A DNA stretch of 62,771 nt, taken from the NCBI GenBank assembly GCA_903875055.1, contig CAIQUX010000247.1, positions 1 to 62,771 on the forward strand. The letters are read 5' to 3'. This document shows positions 10,112 to 18,463 of this stretch, one piece after another. The notes beneath the pieces are model-generated. The model was not told the DNA's origin. It saw only the letters and a list, made by a program, of their open reading frames with translations, and ran no database searches. This DNA comes from an uncultured Bacteroidota bacterium. GTDB taxonomy: Bacteria > Bacteroidota > Bacteroidia > Chitinophagales > Chitinophagaceae. A program made the position numbers and the translations under genes. The stretch's first letter is position 1, and every line of letters starts with the position of its first letter.

Positions 10112-10252
10112 ACGATGGGATATTAAATGTTTGGATGTTGCTATAAGAATATAAATTCCTTAAAAAAATGACTTACAAATATATAGCCCATCGTAATTCG
10201 TAGCAAAAAATGATGAAACTTATTTTTAGTACAAGAGTATTGTGTGTTAGCA

Positions 10253-11806
10253 TTAATGAACTGCATCAACATTTACTTTTTCTATGCCACTCAGCTTTAC
10301 TTCAATATGTCGGTCATGAGCCTTCGTATGGAATTCACTGATGATTTCAAGGATATCATAATCTATGAAATTAGATTCGTTTCCATCAATGTGTAACACA
10401 CTGTATTCGGGAATCTCGTCCAACGCTTTCCTTAATTTTACTTTGTTAAGAAAGGTTACATTACTATTGAGTTTGATGGAATGTGTTTCAATATCATGGT
10501 GCACTTTTTTGGTGATTTTATATTCAGCCTTGAAATTATTCTGAACGATAAAGTAAATCGAAACCAGGAGCCCTATGCTCACACCAATCAGAAGATCTGT
10601 TGAAAGAATGACCATGATGGTAATCAGGAAGGGTAAAAATTGTTTCCAGCCAAGGCTCCACATATTCTTGTAAAGTTTCGGTTTGGTCAAATTCAAACCC
10701 GTTACAAATAGGATTACAGCAAGCGAGGCATAGGGGATCTTGTTTAATAATGTCGGAATGAGGAGTACGGCAAGCAATAAAAAAAGCCCATGAGTGAAGG
10801 CAGATAATTTACTTCGACCGCCGGCGTCAACATTGGCAGACCCTCTTACAACGACTGCCGTTATTGGAATGGCACCCAACATGCCACAACATAGGTTTCC
10901 TACCCCTTGGGCTATCAGTTCGCGATTAACTGGCGTAATTCGGTTGTGTTTATCCAACTTATCGACGGCCTCCACACATAGTAATGTTTCAAGCGTTGCT
11001 AAGAGCCCAACAAGTATACCTTTCTCCCATATAGAAGTAGAAGAAAATAACTTCGTAAAATCCGGGAATGAGATACTCGCAAACATATTTTGAGGGATGT
11101 TGACGAGTTGGGAAGAAGTTAAGGCGTGATTTGGAAAAGCTGACGTGAATATGAAGTTGATGGCAATACCCAGAATGACAACCAATAATGGAGCTGGTAT
11201 CATTTTGATTCGCTTAACCCATTCTTTGTCGCTCTGAAGTATCATGATAATTAATGAGAATAAGGTAATCCAAATCGCTGTAGCGGAAACATGTTCGTGA
11301 AGTGAAGAAAGATTCCCAAGTATATTTTTAGATGAGAAGAGATGAAGGAACCCACTTGTCCAAAAATCAGGCTGGTCATAACCCAATAGAAGTGGAATTT
11401 GTTTTGAAATAAGAATAATTCCGATGGCAGCCAACATTCCCTTGATCACAGAAGATGGGAAATAATTGGCGATGGCTCCAAGTTTAAGAAGACCGAGTAT
11501 CAATTGGAAAAAACCGGCAATCATGACTACAAGAAGAAATATTTTATAGTCTCCTAATGAAATGATGGAAGAGGAAACAAGAGTGGTCAATCCTGCAGCA
11601 GGACCCGACACAGATAAGGATGATCCGCTAATCAATGAAACAACCACCCCTCCAATAATACCTGAAAGTAATCCCGCATATAACGGTGCCCCCGAAGCCA
11701 ATGCGATACCTAAACAAAGCGGTAAGGCAACTAAGGCGACCGAAAGCCCAGCGGGTAAATCATGCTTTAACCATATAAGCCTGTAGTATTTTATTTTTCG
11801 TTTCAC
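10253..11806 (-). CDS. SulP family inorganic anion transporter with C-terminal STAS-like domain
   Basis: DLPAGLSVALVALPLCLGIALASGAP and SLSVSGPAAGLT motifs; multi-TM core plus a soluble about 90-aa C-terminus. Confidence 0.9.
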   Translation of the reverse strand: MKRKIKYYRLIWLKHDLPAGLSVALVALPLCLGIALASGAPLYAGLLSGIIGGVVVSLISGSSLSVSGPAAGLTTLVSSSIISLGDYKIFLLVVMIAGFFQLILGLLKLGAIANYFPSSVIKGMLAAIGIILISKQIPLLLGYDQPDFWTSGFLHLFSSKNILGNLSSLHEHVSATAIWITLFSLIIMILQSDKEWVKRIKMIPAPLLVVILGIAINFIFTSAFPNHALTSSQLVNIPQNMFASISFPDFTKLFSSTSIWEKGILVGLLATLETLLCVEAVDKLDKHNRITPVNRELIAQGVGNLCCGMLGAIPITAVVVRGSANVDAGGRSKLSAFTHGLFLLLAVLLIPTLLNKIPYASLAVILFVTGLNLTKPKLYKNMWSLGWKQFLPFLITIMVILSTDLLIGVSIGLLVSIYFIVQNNFKAEYKITKKVHHDIETHSIKLNSNVTFLNKVKLRKALDEIPEYSVLHIDGNESNFIDYDILEIISEFHTKAHDRHIEVKLSGIEKVNVDAVH

Positions 11807-11941
11807 AATTCGTCATATTACTGACGATAAAGATACCTTTTTTTTTCGAGCATCGCTGGAAATGCCCGTCAGGACTATGTTGGAAGAAATATTTGCAGGT
11901 CTAAAGTTATTTTCTAAGCAATAAATTTTATATCCTTGCAT

Positions 11942-12181
11942 ATGGAAAATGCTGATTACTCAATGAATCCTGAATTACTTCGACAAATCGTTGTGATGAA
12001 AATGCCATTTGGTAAATATAAGGATACTCTACTCGCTGATCTTCCGGTTTCATATCTAGAATATTTTGTCCGAAGGGGAGGCTTCCCTAAAGGAACCCTT
12101 GGAACGTTACTTGCGACCGTATATGAAATCAAACTGAATGGATTGGAGAAGATACTTTGGCAGTTGAAAAAAATGAGATAG
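11942..12181 (+). CDS. DUF3820 family small protein
   Basis: MPFGKYKDTLLADLPVSYLEYFVRRGGFPKGTLG..YEIKLNGLE matches my recollection of the DUF3820 signature. ATG at 11942 is preferred over TTG 11936. Confidence 0.7.
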   Translation: MENADYSMNPELLRQIVVMKMPFGKYKDTLLADLPVSYLEYFVRRGGFPKGTLGTLLATVYEIKLNGLEKILWQLKKMR

Positions 12182-12319
12182 TAAATCCAGACTTCACCAT
12201 TCATCAGGTTCTTTTCATTTTCTTTATGGCGGTTAAAATATTTTTTACATATTTTTTTTAAACGTATGATATTTCACATTCTTTTCGTAATATTACGGAT
12301 AGTTTAATATATCCTGATT

Positions 12320-13177
12320 ATGTTAAGAAAATTACTGTTTTTATTATTATTTATGCCGATGGCTATCTCCGCCCAAAAGCACCATGAAATGGGTGTTTTT
12401 GGTGGTACTTCAAGCTATTATGGCGATCTTCAGGAGAAGTGGTTTCCCAAACAAGGGTACAGGGCTTGTGGCGGTTTAATGTACAAGCATTACATACATC
12501 CGATGGTAGGTTTCAGGTTCGGTGCCAGTTACGCCAGCCTTTACGGTGCAGACAGTCTTTCTCAATCACCAGCGGTTAAACGTAGAAACCTAAATTTTGA
12601 AACAAACTTATTTGAAGCACATGCAGCGTTGGAATTGAACTTTATTCCAGTTGATTTTGATGAATTCAAATTCTCCCCATATTTATTTGCAGGCTTGTGT
12701 GCCTTTTATTATAACCCTTATACTATCGGTGCCAATGACGAGAAAATCTATTTGCGTCCATTGAGTACTGAAGGGCAGGGATTGCGTCAGTACACAGACA
12801 GGAAGGTGTATAGCCTTGTGAATGTTGGTGTTCCTCTAGGCGGAGGATTCAAAGTGTTTATTGGTAAAACAGTGATGTTAAGCGGTGAAATCGGTTTCAG
12901 ATATACTGCTACCGACTATTTGGATGATGTCAGTAAAACGTATGTAAATCTCGATACGCTACAGCGCTATAAAGGTAAACAAAGCGTCGATTTGTCTTTC
13001 AGATCGAATGAATTACCTAACTGGGATGGCAATTATCCGAACGACAAATTCGTTCGTGGTGATAATAATAAAAAGGACTGGTATTGGTTTGCAGGTATCA
13101 ATGTCGCCATCTATTTTGAAGCATTCGGTAACCTGATGCCATACAAAAAAACAAGATGCCCTAAGAAGTTTAATTAA
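12320..13177 (+). CDS. DUF6089-type outer-membrane beta-barrel protein
   Basis: Signal peptide, alternating beta-strand pattern, YYGDL and TDYLDDVS motifs. It is a paralog of 48171-49010. Confidence 0.75.
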   Translation: MLRKLLFLLLFMPMAISAQKHHEMGVFGGTSSYYGDLQEKWFPKQGYRACGGLMYKHYIHPMVGFRFGASYASLYGADSLSQSPAVKRRNLNFETNLFEAHAALELNFIPVDFDEFKFSPYLFAGLCAFYYNPYTIGANDEKIYLRPLSTEGQGLRQYTDRKVYSLVNVGVPLGGGFKVFIGKTVMLSGEIGFRYTATDYLDDVSKTYVNLDTLQRYKGKQSVDLSFRSNELPNWDGNYPNDKFVRGDNNKKDWYWFAGINVAIYFEAFGNLMPYKKTRCPKKFN

Positions 13178-13256
13178 TTCACTCCGTTTATTTTTTAAGT
13201 GATTACTTCTAGTAATGAAGCATTTGCTAAAACAAGCAAATAAATTGGCAGTTGAC

Positions 13257-15278
13257 TTAGAACTTTTCCCTTGGCTTCTCTTTCTTAAAAGATTCATCGT
13301 CGTCATCGCCTACACCAAAAATAGACATACTCAATTTATGTCCGGCTTCTTCGACCTGGTTCGTGTACCTAAATGTCTGTGGTCCGATAATTGTTTTGCC
13401 ATTCAGACTCACCATGCATTCAATCAATGGTGTACCCAAGGTTGACTTAAAGAGAATGTGTACTTCCGGAATATCTGTTCCCCCTAGATTTGCCCAATTG
13501 ATATTTGTTTTCAAAAGATTATTTATAATCAAACGCTGTGTTGAATTCTGATCATTACTTTGAAGATGCATTGCCATTTTTAAGCCAGAGAAAGGGATTA
13601 GTTGCGGGTAAATCGAATAAAGTTTGGCGATATACCCATTGTCAGTTTGTATTCCGAGTTTCTGTTCGCACACACATAATCCTTCATAGACCCGTGCGAT
13701 GAATAGTTTTTCATATTCAGCGTCAATTGCCGACTCCTTCAGTATGCTTTCGAAATAGGTGGCCGCGTCCTTATAATAACCTTTTTTTATCAGCAGTTTA
13801 CCTACAAAGAGTTTATAATAACGTTTAACTTCAGATCGTGTATCATGTTGGATTTCATTTTTAAACCGTTCTAAAAAATAATTCATACTGAAGCCATCTA
13901 TCAGCTGCCAGATTTCATCAAAAGAAACCGTACTTTCCGTCGAGAATAGCTTGTATATCACCCGGTCACGTTCAGGGTTTTGTGCAAACTGATTGATGAT
14001 CAGGAATTGTAATCCATATTTTTCAACAGTCAGTTTGGCCAGTTTGCTGATATCATCGGGTGAATACCACCAATCTTTATTCAGGAATTTAACCTCCTCA
14101 ATCTCTCGCATCTTGATAATGAGATTCAATAAGGAACTTGTAAAATCATAATGACTCTGCCCCAATGTAGTTCCGATATGAATTTCTTTGAATTGCCCGG
14201 CCCGAATTGCATGTCGTTTGGCAATTTCTGTTTGGCCATCGTAAATAAGTTCTCTTGCCAGAGCAAGATTATACCATCCAAATCCAGGTGTGGAGCCGTT
14301 AGCTTTGATCAGAGACTTAAGTTCTGCTATTCCCGTTTTATTCTCATTCTTATATTGATTAATGATGGAGAGATAATAGCTTGATTCATTGAGACGCTTG
14401 TCGCTGGTATTTTCATTTTTTGATATATTGTAAAATTTCTCCGCCTGTCTGAACCCGGCCTGTATAGAGCAGAAAGTAGCAAAATTATTAGATGGGAAAA
14501 ATCGGGTAGACCTCAATTTTTCATAATAATATGCCCCAGATTGAATTTTCAGTTGATAAGTATACAGTATGGATTTGTAATGCCACACACTCGGCATTTT
14601 TTCAGTTTCATATCTGTTTCCGAAAAATGTTTTGTTCAGTTCAGCATCCCGTTTGATTTTCAATGCCGCACTATCTGTTAACTCGTTAGCGTATCGTTCA
14701 TTCGCATCAATGGAATTTTTTAGGAACGGATATTTTGCATTGGTATAGAATCGGTTTCTATGAACGGTCCAGGCGAGATAATTATATGTATCTTCATATA
14801 TTTCATCCTGAAGGTCTGTTGCTTTACATTTTTGCAAAAGTTTCCAAACTGAGGCCGGCTCGTCCATATTGCTATAACACTGTATAAGAATAAATGACAT
14901 GTAGTCCCAATCACGATGAAATTTAAGGATGCGTACATAAGTCATTACATCATTCGTACGTGTTTTAAGTTCGGTTTTAAAATCCTTCTCCATCAAGGTC
15001 ATCGCTTTCTGTAATTGTGTGGCTGCAGTTTTGTAACCAAGATAATCAGCAGCATGATCAAACTTATAAGTGCCTTCAAGCATCCAACCCACGTAATAGG
15101 TACTGTCAATTCGTTTGAATTCACGGCCTCTTGGTAATGCATCCTTGCTGGTATAGGAGATGCCTATTCTTTTCGCATCGATTTCATAACGTAATGCCTG
15201 TTTAGTTTGAGAAGAAGAGAAAAAGGGGAAGAACAGTAAGCTGGAAAGAACAAATGACAGGATTTTATACCGCAACAT
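13257..15278 (-). CDS. Secreted helical-repeat (TPR-like) protein of unknown function
   Basis: Long ORF. ATG 15278 gives the signal peptide MLRYKILSFVLSSLLFFPFFSSSQ, whereas the GTG 15335 extension lacks one. The protein is rich in Y/K/E/L helical segments. No catalytic motif was recognised. Confidence 0.7.
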   Translation of the reverse strand: MLRYKILSFVLSSLLFFPFFSSSQTKQALRYEIDAKRIGISYTSKDALPRGREFKRIDSTYYVGWMLEGTYKFDHAADYLGYKTAATQLQKAMTLMEKDFKTELKTRTNDVMTYVRILKFHRDWDYMSFILIQCYSNMDEPASVWKLLQKCKATDLQDEIYEDTYNYLAWTVHRNRFYTNAKYPFLKNSIDANERYANELTDSAALKIKRDAELNKTFFGNRYETEKMPSVWHYKSILYTYQLKIQSGAYYYEKLRSTRFFPSNNFATFCSIQAGFRQAEKFYNISKNENTSDKRLNESSYYLSIINQYKNENKTGIAELKSLIKANGSTPGFGWYNLALARELIYDGQTEIAKRHAIRAGQFKEIHIGTTLGQSHYDFTSSLLNLIIKMREIEEVKFLNKDWWYSPDDISKLAKLTVEKYGLQFLIINQFAQNPERDRVIYKLFSTESTVSFDEIWQLIDGFSMNYFLERFKNEIQHDTRSEVKRYYKLFVGKLLIKKGYYKDAATYFESILKESAIDAEYEKLFIARVYEGLCVCEQKLGIQTDNGYIAKLYSIYPQLIPFSGLKMAMHLQSNDQNSTQRLIINNLLKTNINWANLGGTDIPEVHILFKSTLGTPLIECMVSLNGKTIIGPQTFRYTNQVEEAGHKLSMSIFGVGDDDDESFKKEKPREKF

Positions 15279-15496
15279 TGAGAAACGGAAAAATGAAAAT
15301 ACGAAATTTTGGTTATCTGTACTTATATGAATCACGGGTTATGATCAGCTTTGCCGATGAAACAAATATAGTGCTCTTTTCAAAAGCGGATGATGGTAAT
15401 TTAGTCTGAATCGTTAAGGTTGTTATAATGCATCCATCAAGGGTGCTAATGAGCGTTGGTTGCATGGTATTGTTTACGGCCAATTCATTATTCAGA

Positions 15497-16117
15497 TTAA
15501 TCTGTTTTCAACCATCCTGTGATACTCAATCGTGGTTGATGTGTAACGAGTACTTCATGTTCAATTTCGTTGCTCTTGAAAAAAACACATTTCCCATGAA
15601 GTGGCGATATAGTTTGCAAATGGTCCTTATGATGTATGCAAAGTTCACCTCCGTCACCTTCTTTCCATGCTGCATTAAGATACATGATCATCGTATAAGC
15701 GCGGCTTTCATCATTTCTAAATTGATCCAGATGCTTCTTGTAAAAACTCCCTGTTTCGTATAGGGCGTAATGGAATTCGTAACCTGTAATACCCGTGTAA
15801 CAAGTTCTGTTCAGATGAAGAACAAATTCGTCTATCACATCAAGAAATGAATTCTCGAAAAAGTCATCGTGTGCACGATCAAGCCAGTAAATTTTATCAC
15901 TCCTGACAAATTTATTATGGTTCACAAGAAGCTGATTGCCGATGCCTGCCAAGAGAAGCTTTTTAGCTGAATAAAGTTCAGTTAAATTGGCTTTAAGGTC
16001 AGACGCGAGCTTGTGGGTAAGGAAATTTTTATCTATGCCTATCTTGTTTTCAACAAAACTGCCAATAAGATTTTCGAAGTGTGTGAGCAAAGTTTTGACA
16101 TTGAAATCTGCAGACAA
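15497..16117 (-). CDS. 2OG-Fe(II) oxygenase (prolyl-4-hydroxylase-like)
   Basis: HxD (KHLD), distal His (EIEHEV) and RxS (RLSITGW) motifs with the spacing typical of the family. TTG start; there is no upstream in-frame ATG before a stop. Confidence 0.75.
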   Translation of the reverse strand: MSADFNVKTLLTHFENLIGSFVENKIGIDKNFLTHKLASDLKANLTELYSAKKLLLAGIGNQLLVNHNKFVRSDKIYWLDRAHDDFFENSFLDVIDEFVLHLNRTCYTGITGYEFHYALYETGSFYKKHLDQFRNDESRAYTMIMYLNAAWKEGDGGELCIHHKDHLQTISPLHGKCVFFKSNEIEHEVLVTHQPRLSITGWLKTD

Positions 16118-16455
16118 CTCACCCGCAGTGTTCCAAGGTAGTTCTATCTGAATATATTCGCTGATTTATTTTTTTAGATTACCCGACACGACCTTTAAAA
16201 GGTTGTTATGCCGATTGATATTTTGTAATAGTGCAAATATTTCTTTGCCTCATTTGTTGTAAACAAAATAACAATCAGTATTTTCTACTGAATAGATTTA
16301 AATGAGTTCGGTTTACGTTGAAGAATAATGGCATCGCTACATTAGGATATAAGAATAGAGTTTGACTTGGAGACAATTTATTCTTATGTATATTGAAATC
16401 ATATTTGACTCCAAATCGTATCTAATAGACTCGTTGGGAATCAACTAACCCAGTT

Positions 16456-17181
16456 TTAGAAAATGATCCTATCTGTCACCTCTTTTTTTCGATTGGCCGA
16501 AATAGGAATCTTTGTCCCATCCTTCAATTCGAGTATCCCATATTTTTTATTTCTGAGATATTTGCTGACAAAATTGATATTTACAATATGGGAATTATGT
16601 GCGCGGACAAATTGGTGCCGGGGTAACAAATCTTCAAAGGAGCCCAAATGCTTTGATGTGGTCAATTCCCTGTCGCCGATTAGGATTATCTGGGTGTAAT
16701 TTCCTTTAGCTTCCAATCGTATGATTTCCTCCATGCGGGTGATATTCAAATGTTCTTTCTCGGGCAGAGCAATATATTGAGTGATACCTTGATGCATGGA
16801 GTATGCTTTCAATTGATTGATCTTGTCGATTTGCTTCTGGGCCTTGTTGACTGCTTCGATCAGATCAGGAATCAATATCGGTTTAAGGATATAATCGGTG
16901 AGCTGATACTTGTGCATTTCAAGAGCATATTTATCGAACGCACTGACAATTATGACCTGCATGTCATCAATATCCAGATGATTCAATAAGTCTTTTACAG
17001 TTAAGTCATGTAATTCAATATCCACAAACAGGACATCGGGTAGGGTATTCATGATAACTTCAAATGCCTGTTCCACGCTGCCTGCAGTGCCTACCACTTC
17101 TACGCTGGGACAGTATTTTTTTAATAGGTTCTGTAACAATTCGACGTTTAATTCGTCATCATCGACCAATACGGCTTTCAT
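16456..17181 (-). CDS. LytTR-family response regulator (orphan, no adjacent kinase)
   Basis: Receiver motifs VLVDDDE, LFVDIEL, IIVSAF and DYILKP; C-terminal LytTR domain (FVRAHNSHIVN). Confidence 0.9.
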   Translation of the reverse strand: MKAVLVDDDELNVELLQNLLKKYCPSVEVVGTAGSVEQAFEVIMNTLPDVLFVDIELHDLTVKDLLNHLDIDDMQVIIVSAFDKYALEMHKYQLTDYILKPILIPDLIEAVNKAQKQIDKINQLKAYSMHQGITQYIALPEKEHLNITRMEEIIRLEAKGNYTQIILIGDRELTTSKHLGSFEDLLPRHQFVRAHNSHIVNINFVSKYLRNKKYGILELKDGTKIPISANRKKEVTDRIIF

Positions 17182-17403
17182 AGGTTGTTTTATTTTTTAG
17201 GTTAAGAAATCAAATAATAAAGCATTTAAAACGGTGAAGGGTGATGTGATTTGGAAGAGTGAGTATTTTTCGCAAGGTTGCGGTAATCCGGAAGTTGCGC
17301 TTTCGCACTTCGTAAAATAGAGGGATATTTTCGAACCGGTATATCACGTGAACGTTTTTGATATTAATTGCAATATACAATTTTCATTTAAATTTATAAA
17401 AAT

Positions 17404-17446
17404 TTGGTAATCTATATTTCATTATTTGGTAACAGTCACTTGGTTA
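17404..17446 (+). promoter_or_regulatory. Direct-repeat array TTGGTAA / TTGGTAA / TTGGTTA (candidate operator)
   Basis: Copies at 17404, 17426 (22 bp apart) and 17440, all in the same orientation, 23-65 nt upstream of ATG 17469. The same word and phasing occur at 23281-23318. Confidence 0.5.
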
Positions 17447-17468
17447 TTTTGCTGAAATTCAAGTGCTC

Positions 17469-18332
17469 ATGTTATATGTACATTCTTTTTCTCCGATTGA
17501 ACAAGCTCTTTTCTCAACATTAGCAGAAACAGAAGAATTGATTCAAATGAACGGGCTGAAGATCACTGAAAGTTCTATCCTGGCGTCTGAGCATCCATCA
17601 GGTTCACATAAAACCTTACTATACTCGTTTCAGCATCTTGCACATTACCGCCACCTTGATTCTTTCAGGGAAGAATGTCAGGCAGTCGATATCCTGATTA
17701 ATCATATCCTCGAACAAGAATTTACTAAAATTATATTGATTACCTATCCGGGAGCCTACTTCAATGCAACCAATTTGTTCTTGCAGCATAAAGGTCTTTT
17801 GGAGCAGAAATTCGTCAATACCAGAATACCATGTACTATGCTCAGTGTACAGGCCATTCATGAACCGTATTTAAAGATCAATAATCTTCATTCATTGTTC
17901 TACGATGAGACTGCCGGGCATTATGTGATACCTCAGAAATCATCCTGTATCACCTATAGCATAAAACTCGATAATCTTAGCCGTATCATAATCAAATCCT
18001 TATACGGTGAGTATGTTGGTAAATATGACGCGTTCGATACTGTATTCGATTTGAAAACTTTTTTACAGTCCTATTCATCCGTCGATCAAGTGCGACGAAT
18101 GGCTCCCTTGTATCTTTATTTCAAAAGTTTTTTCGGACTTTATACCTCCCCGACCATGATGGAACTTTTTCTGATGACCATAGTACCGATGTATAAATTC
18201 AGGACAGAAAAGGAATTTGGAATCTCATTGGAACAAGAAAATAGCGGTATTTTCTTTTCATTTAACCGAAGTTTTGTGAATTTTTCAGAACCCTACAATG
18301 CTATCCTGAAGTCGTTGATTCCTGTCGAGTAA
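17469..18332 (+). CDS. Hypothetical protein (287 aa), no recognisable family
   Basis: Continuous ORF with typical codon usage; ATG 17469 lies 2 codons after GTG 17463. There is no signal peptide, TM segment or motif I can name. Confidence 0.6.
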   Translation: MLYVHSFSPIEQALFSTLAETEELIQMNGLKITESSILASEHPSGSHKTLLYSFQHLAHYRHLDSFREECQAVDILINHILEQEFTKIILITYPGAYFNATNLFLQHKGLLEQKFVNTRIPCTMLSVQAIHEPYLKINNLHSLFYDETAGHYVIPQKSSCITYSIKLDNLSRIIIKSLYGEYVGKYDAFDTVFDLKTFLQSYSSVDQVRRMAPLYLYFKSFFGLYTSPTMMELFLMTIVPMYKFRTEKEFGISLEQENSGIFFSFNRSFVNFSEPYNAILKSLIPVE

Positions 18333-18463
18333 CATTTTGATAATACTCCGGTAACTTAAACGTAATGGTGTTTTTGTCTTATTCATTTTCATTTATAGGT
18401 CCTTTGCAGTAAAATAAATGAGCAATAAATAACTCACGAATTAATTGAATTTATTATAAAATT

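Noticed and set aside
17404-17446. Possibility that the TTGGTAA copies are only the Bacteroidota -33 (TTG) and -7 (TAnnTTTG) promoter elements.
   Set aside because: This is not fully rejected and is kept as the main alternative. The 22-bp TTG-to-TTG distance would leave a spacer of about 14 nt between the -33 TTG and the -7 TAnnTTTG box, against about 19 nt as I recall the consensus. The copies also lack the TAnn prefix, and at 23281-23318 there are three copies well upstream of the best -7-like box (AATCTTTG, 23363-23370).
18333-18463. Possible cobalamin or other riboswitch in front of the TonB receptor. I also looked for THF/preQ1-type leaders in front of PTPS-folE (37645-37852).
   Set aside because: There is no B12-box-like GCCACTG core and no other conserved riboswitch core that I recognise. 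The 37772-37800 hairpin (TCAATTCATC / GATGAGTGATTGA) is a simple bulged stem in a divergent promoter region, and I cannot tell it apart from an ordinary operator or a chance structure.
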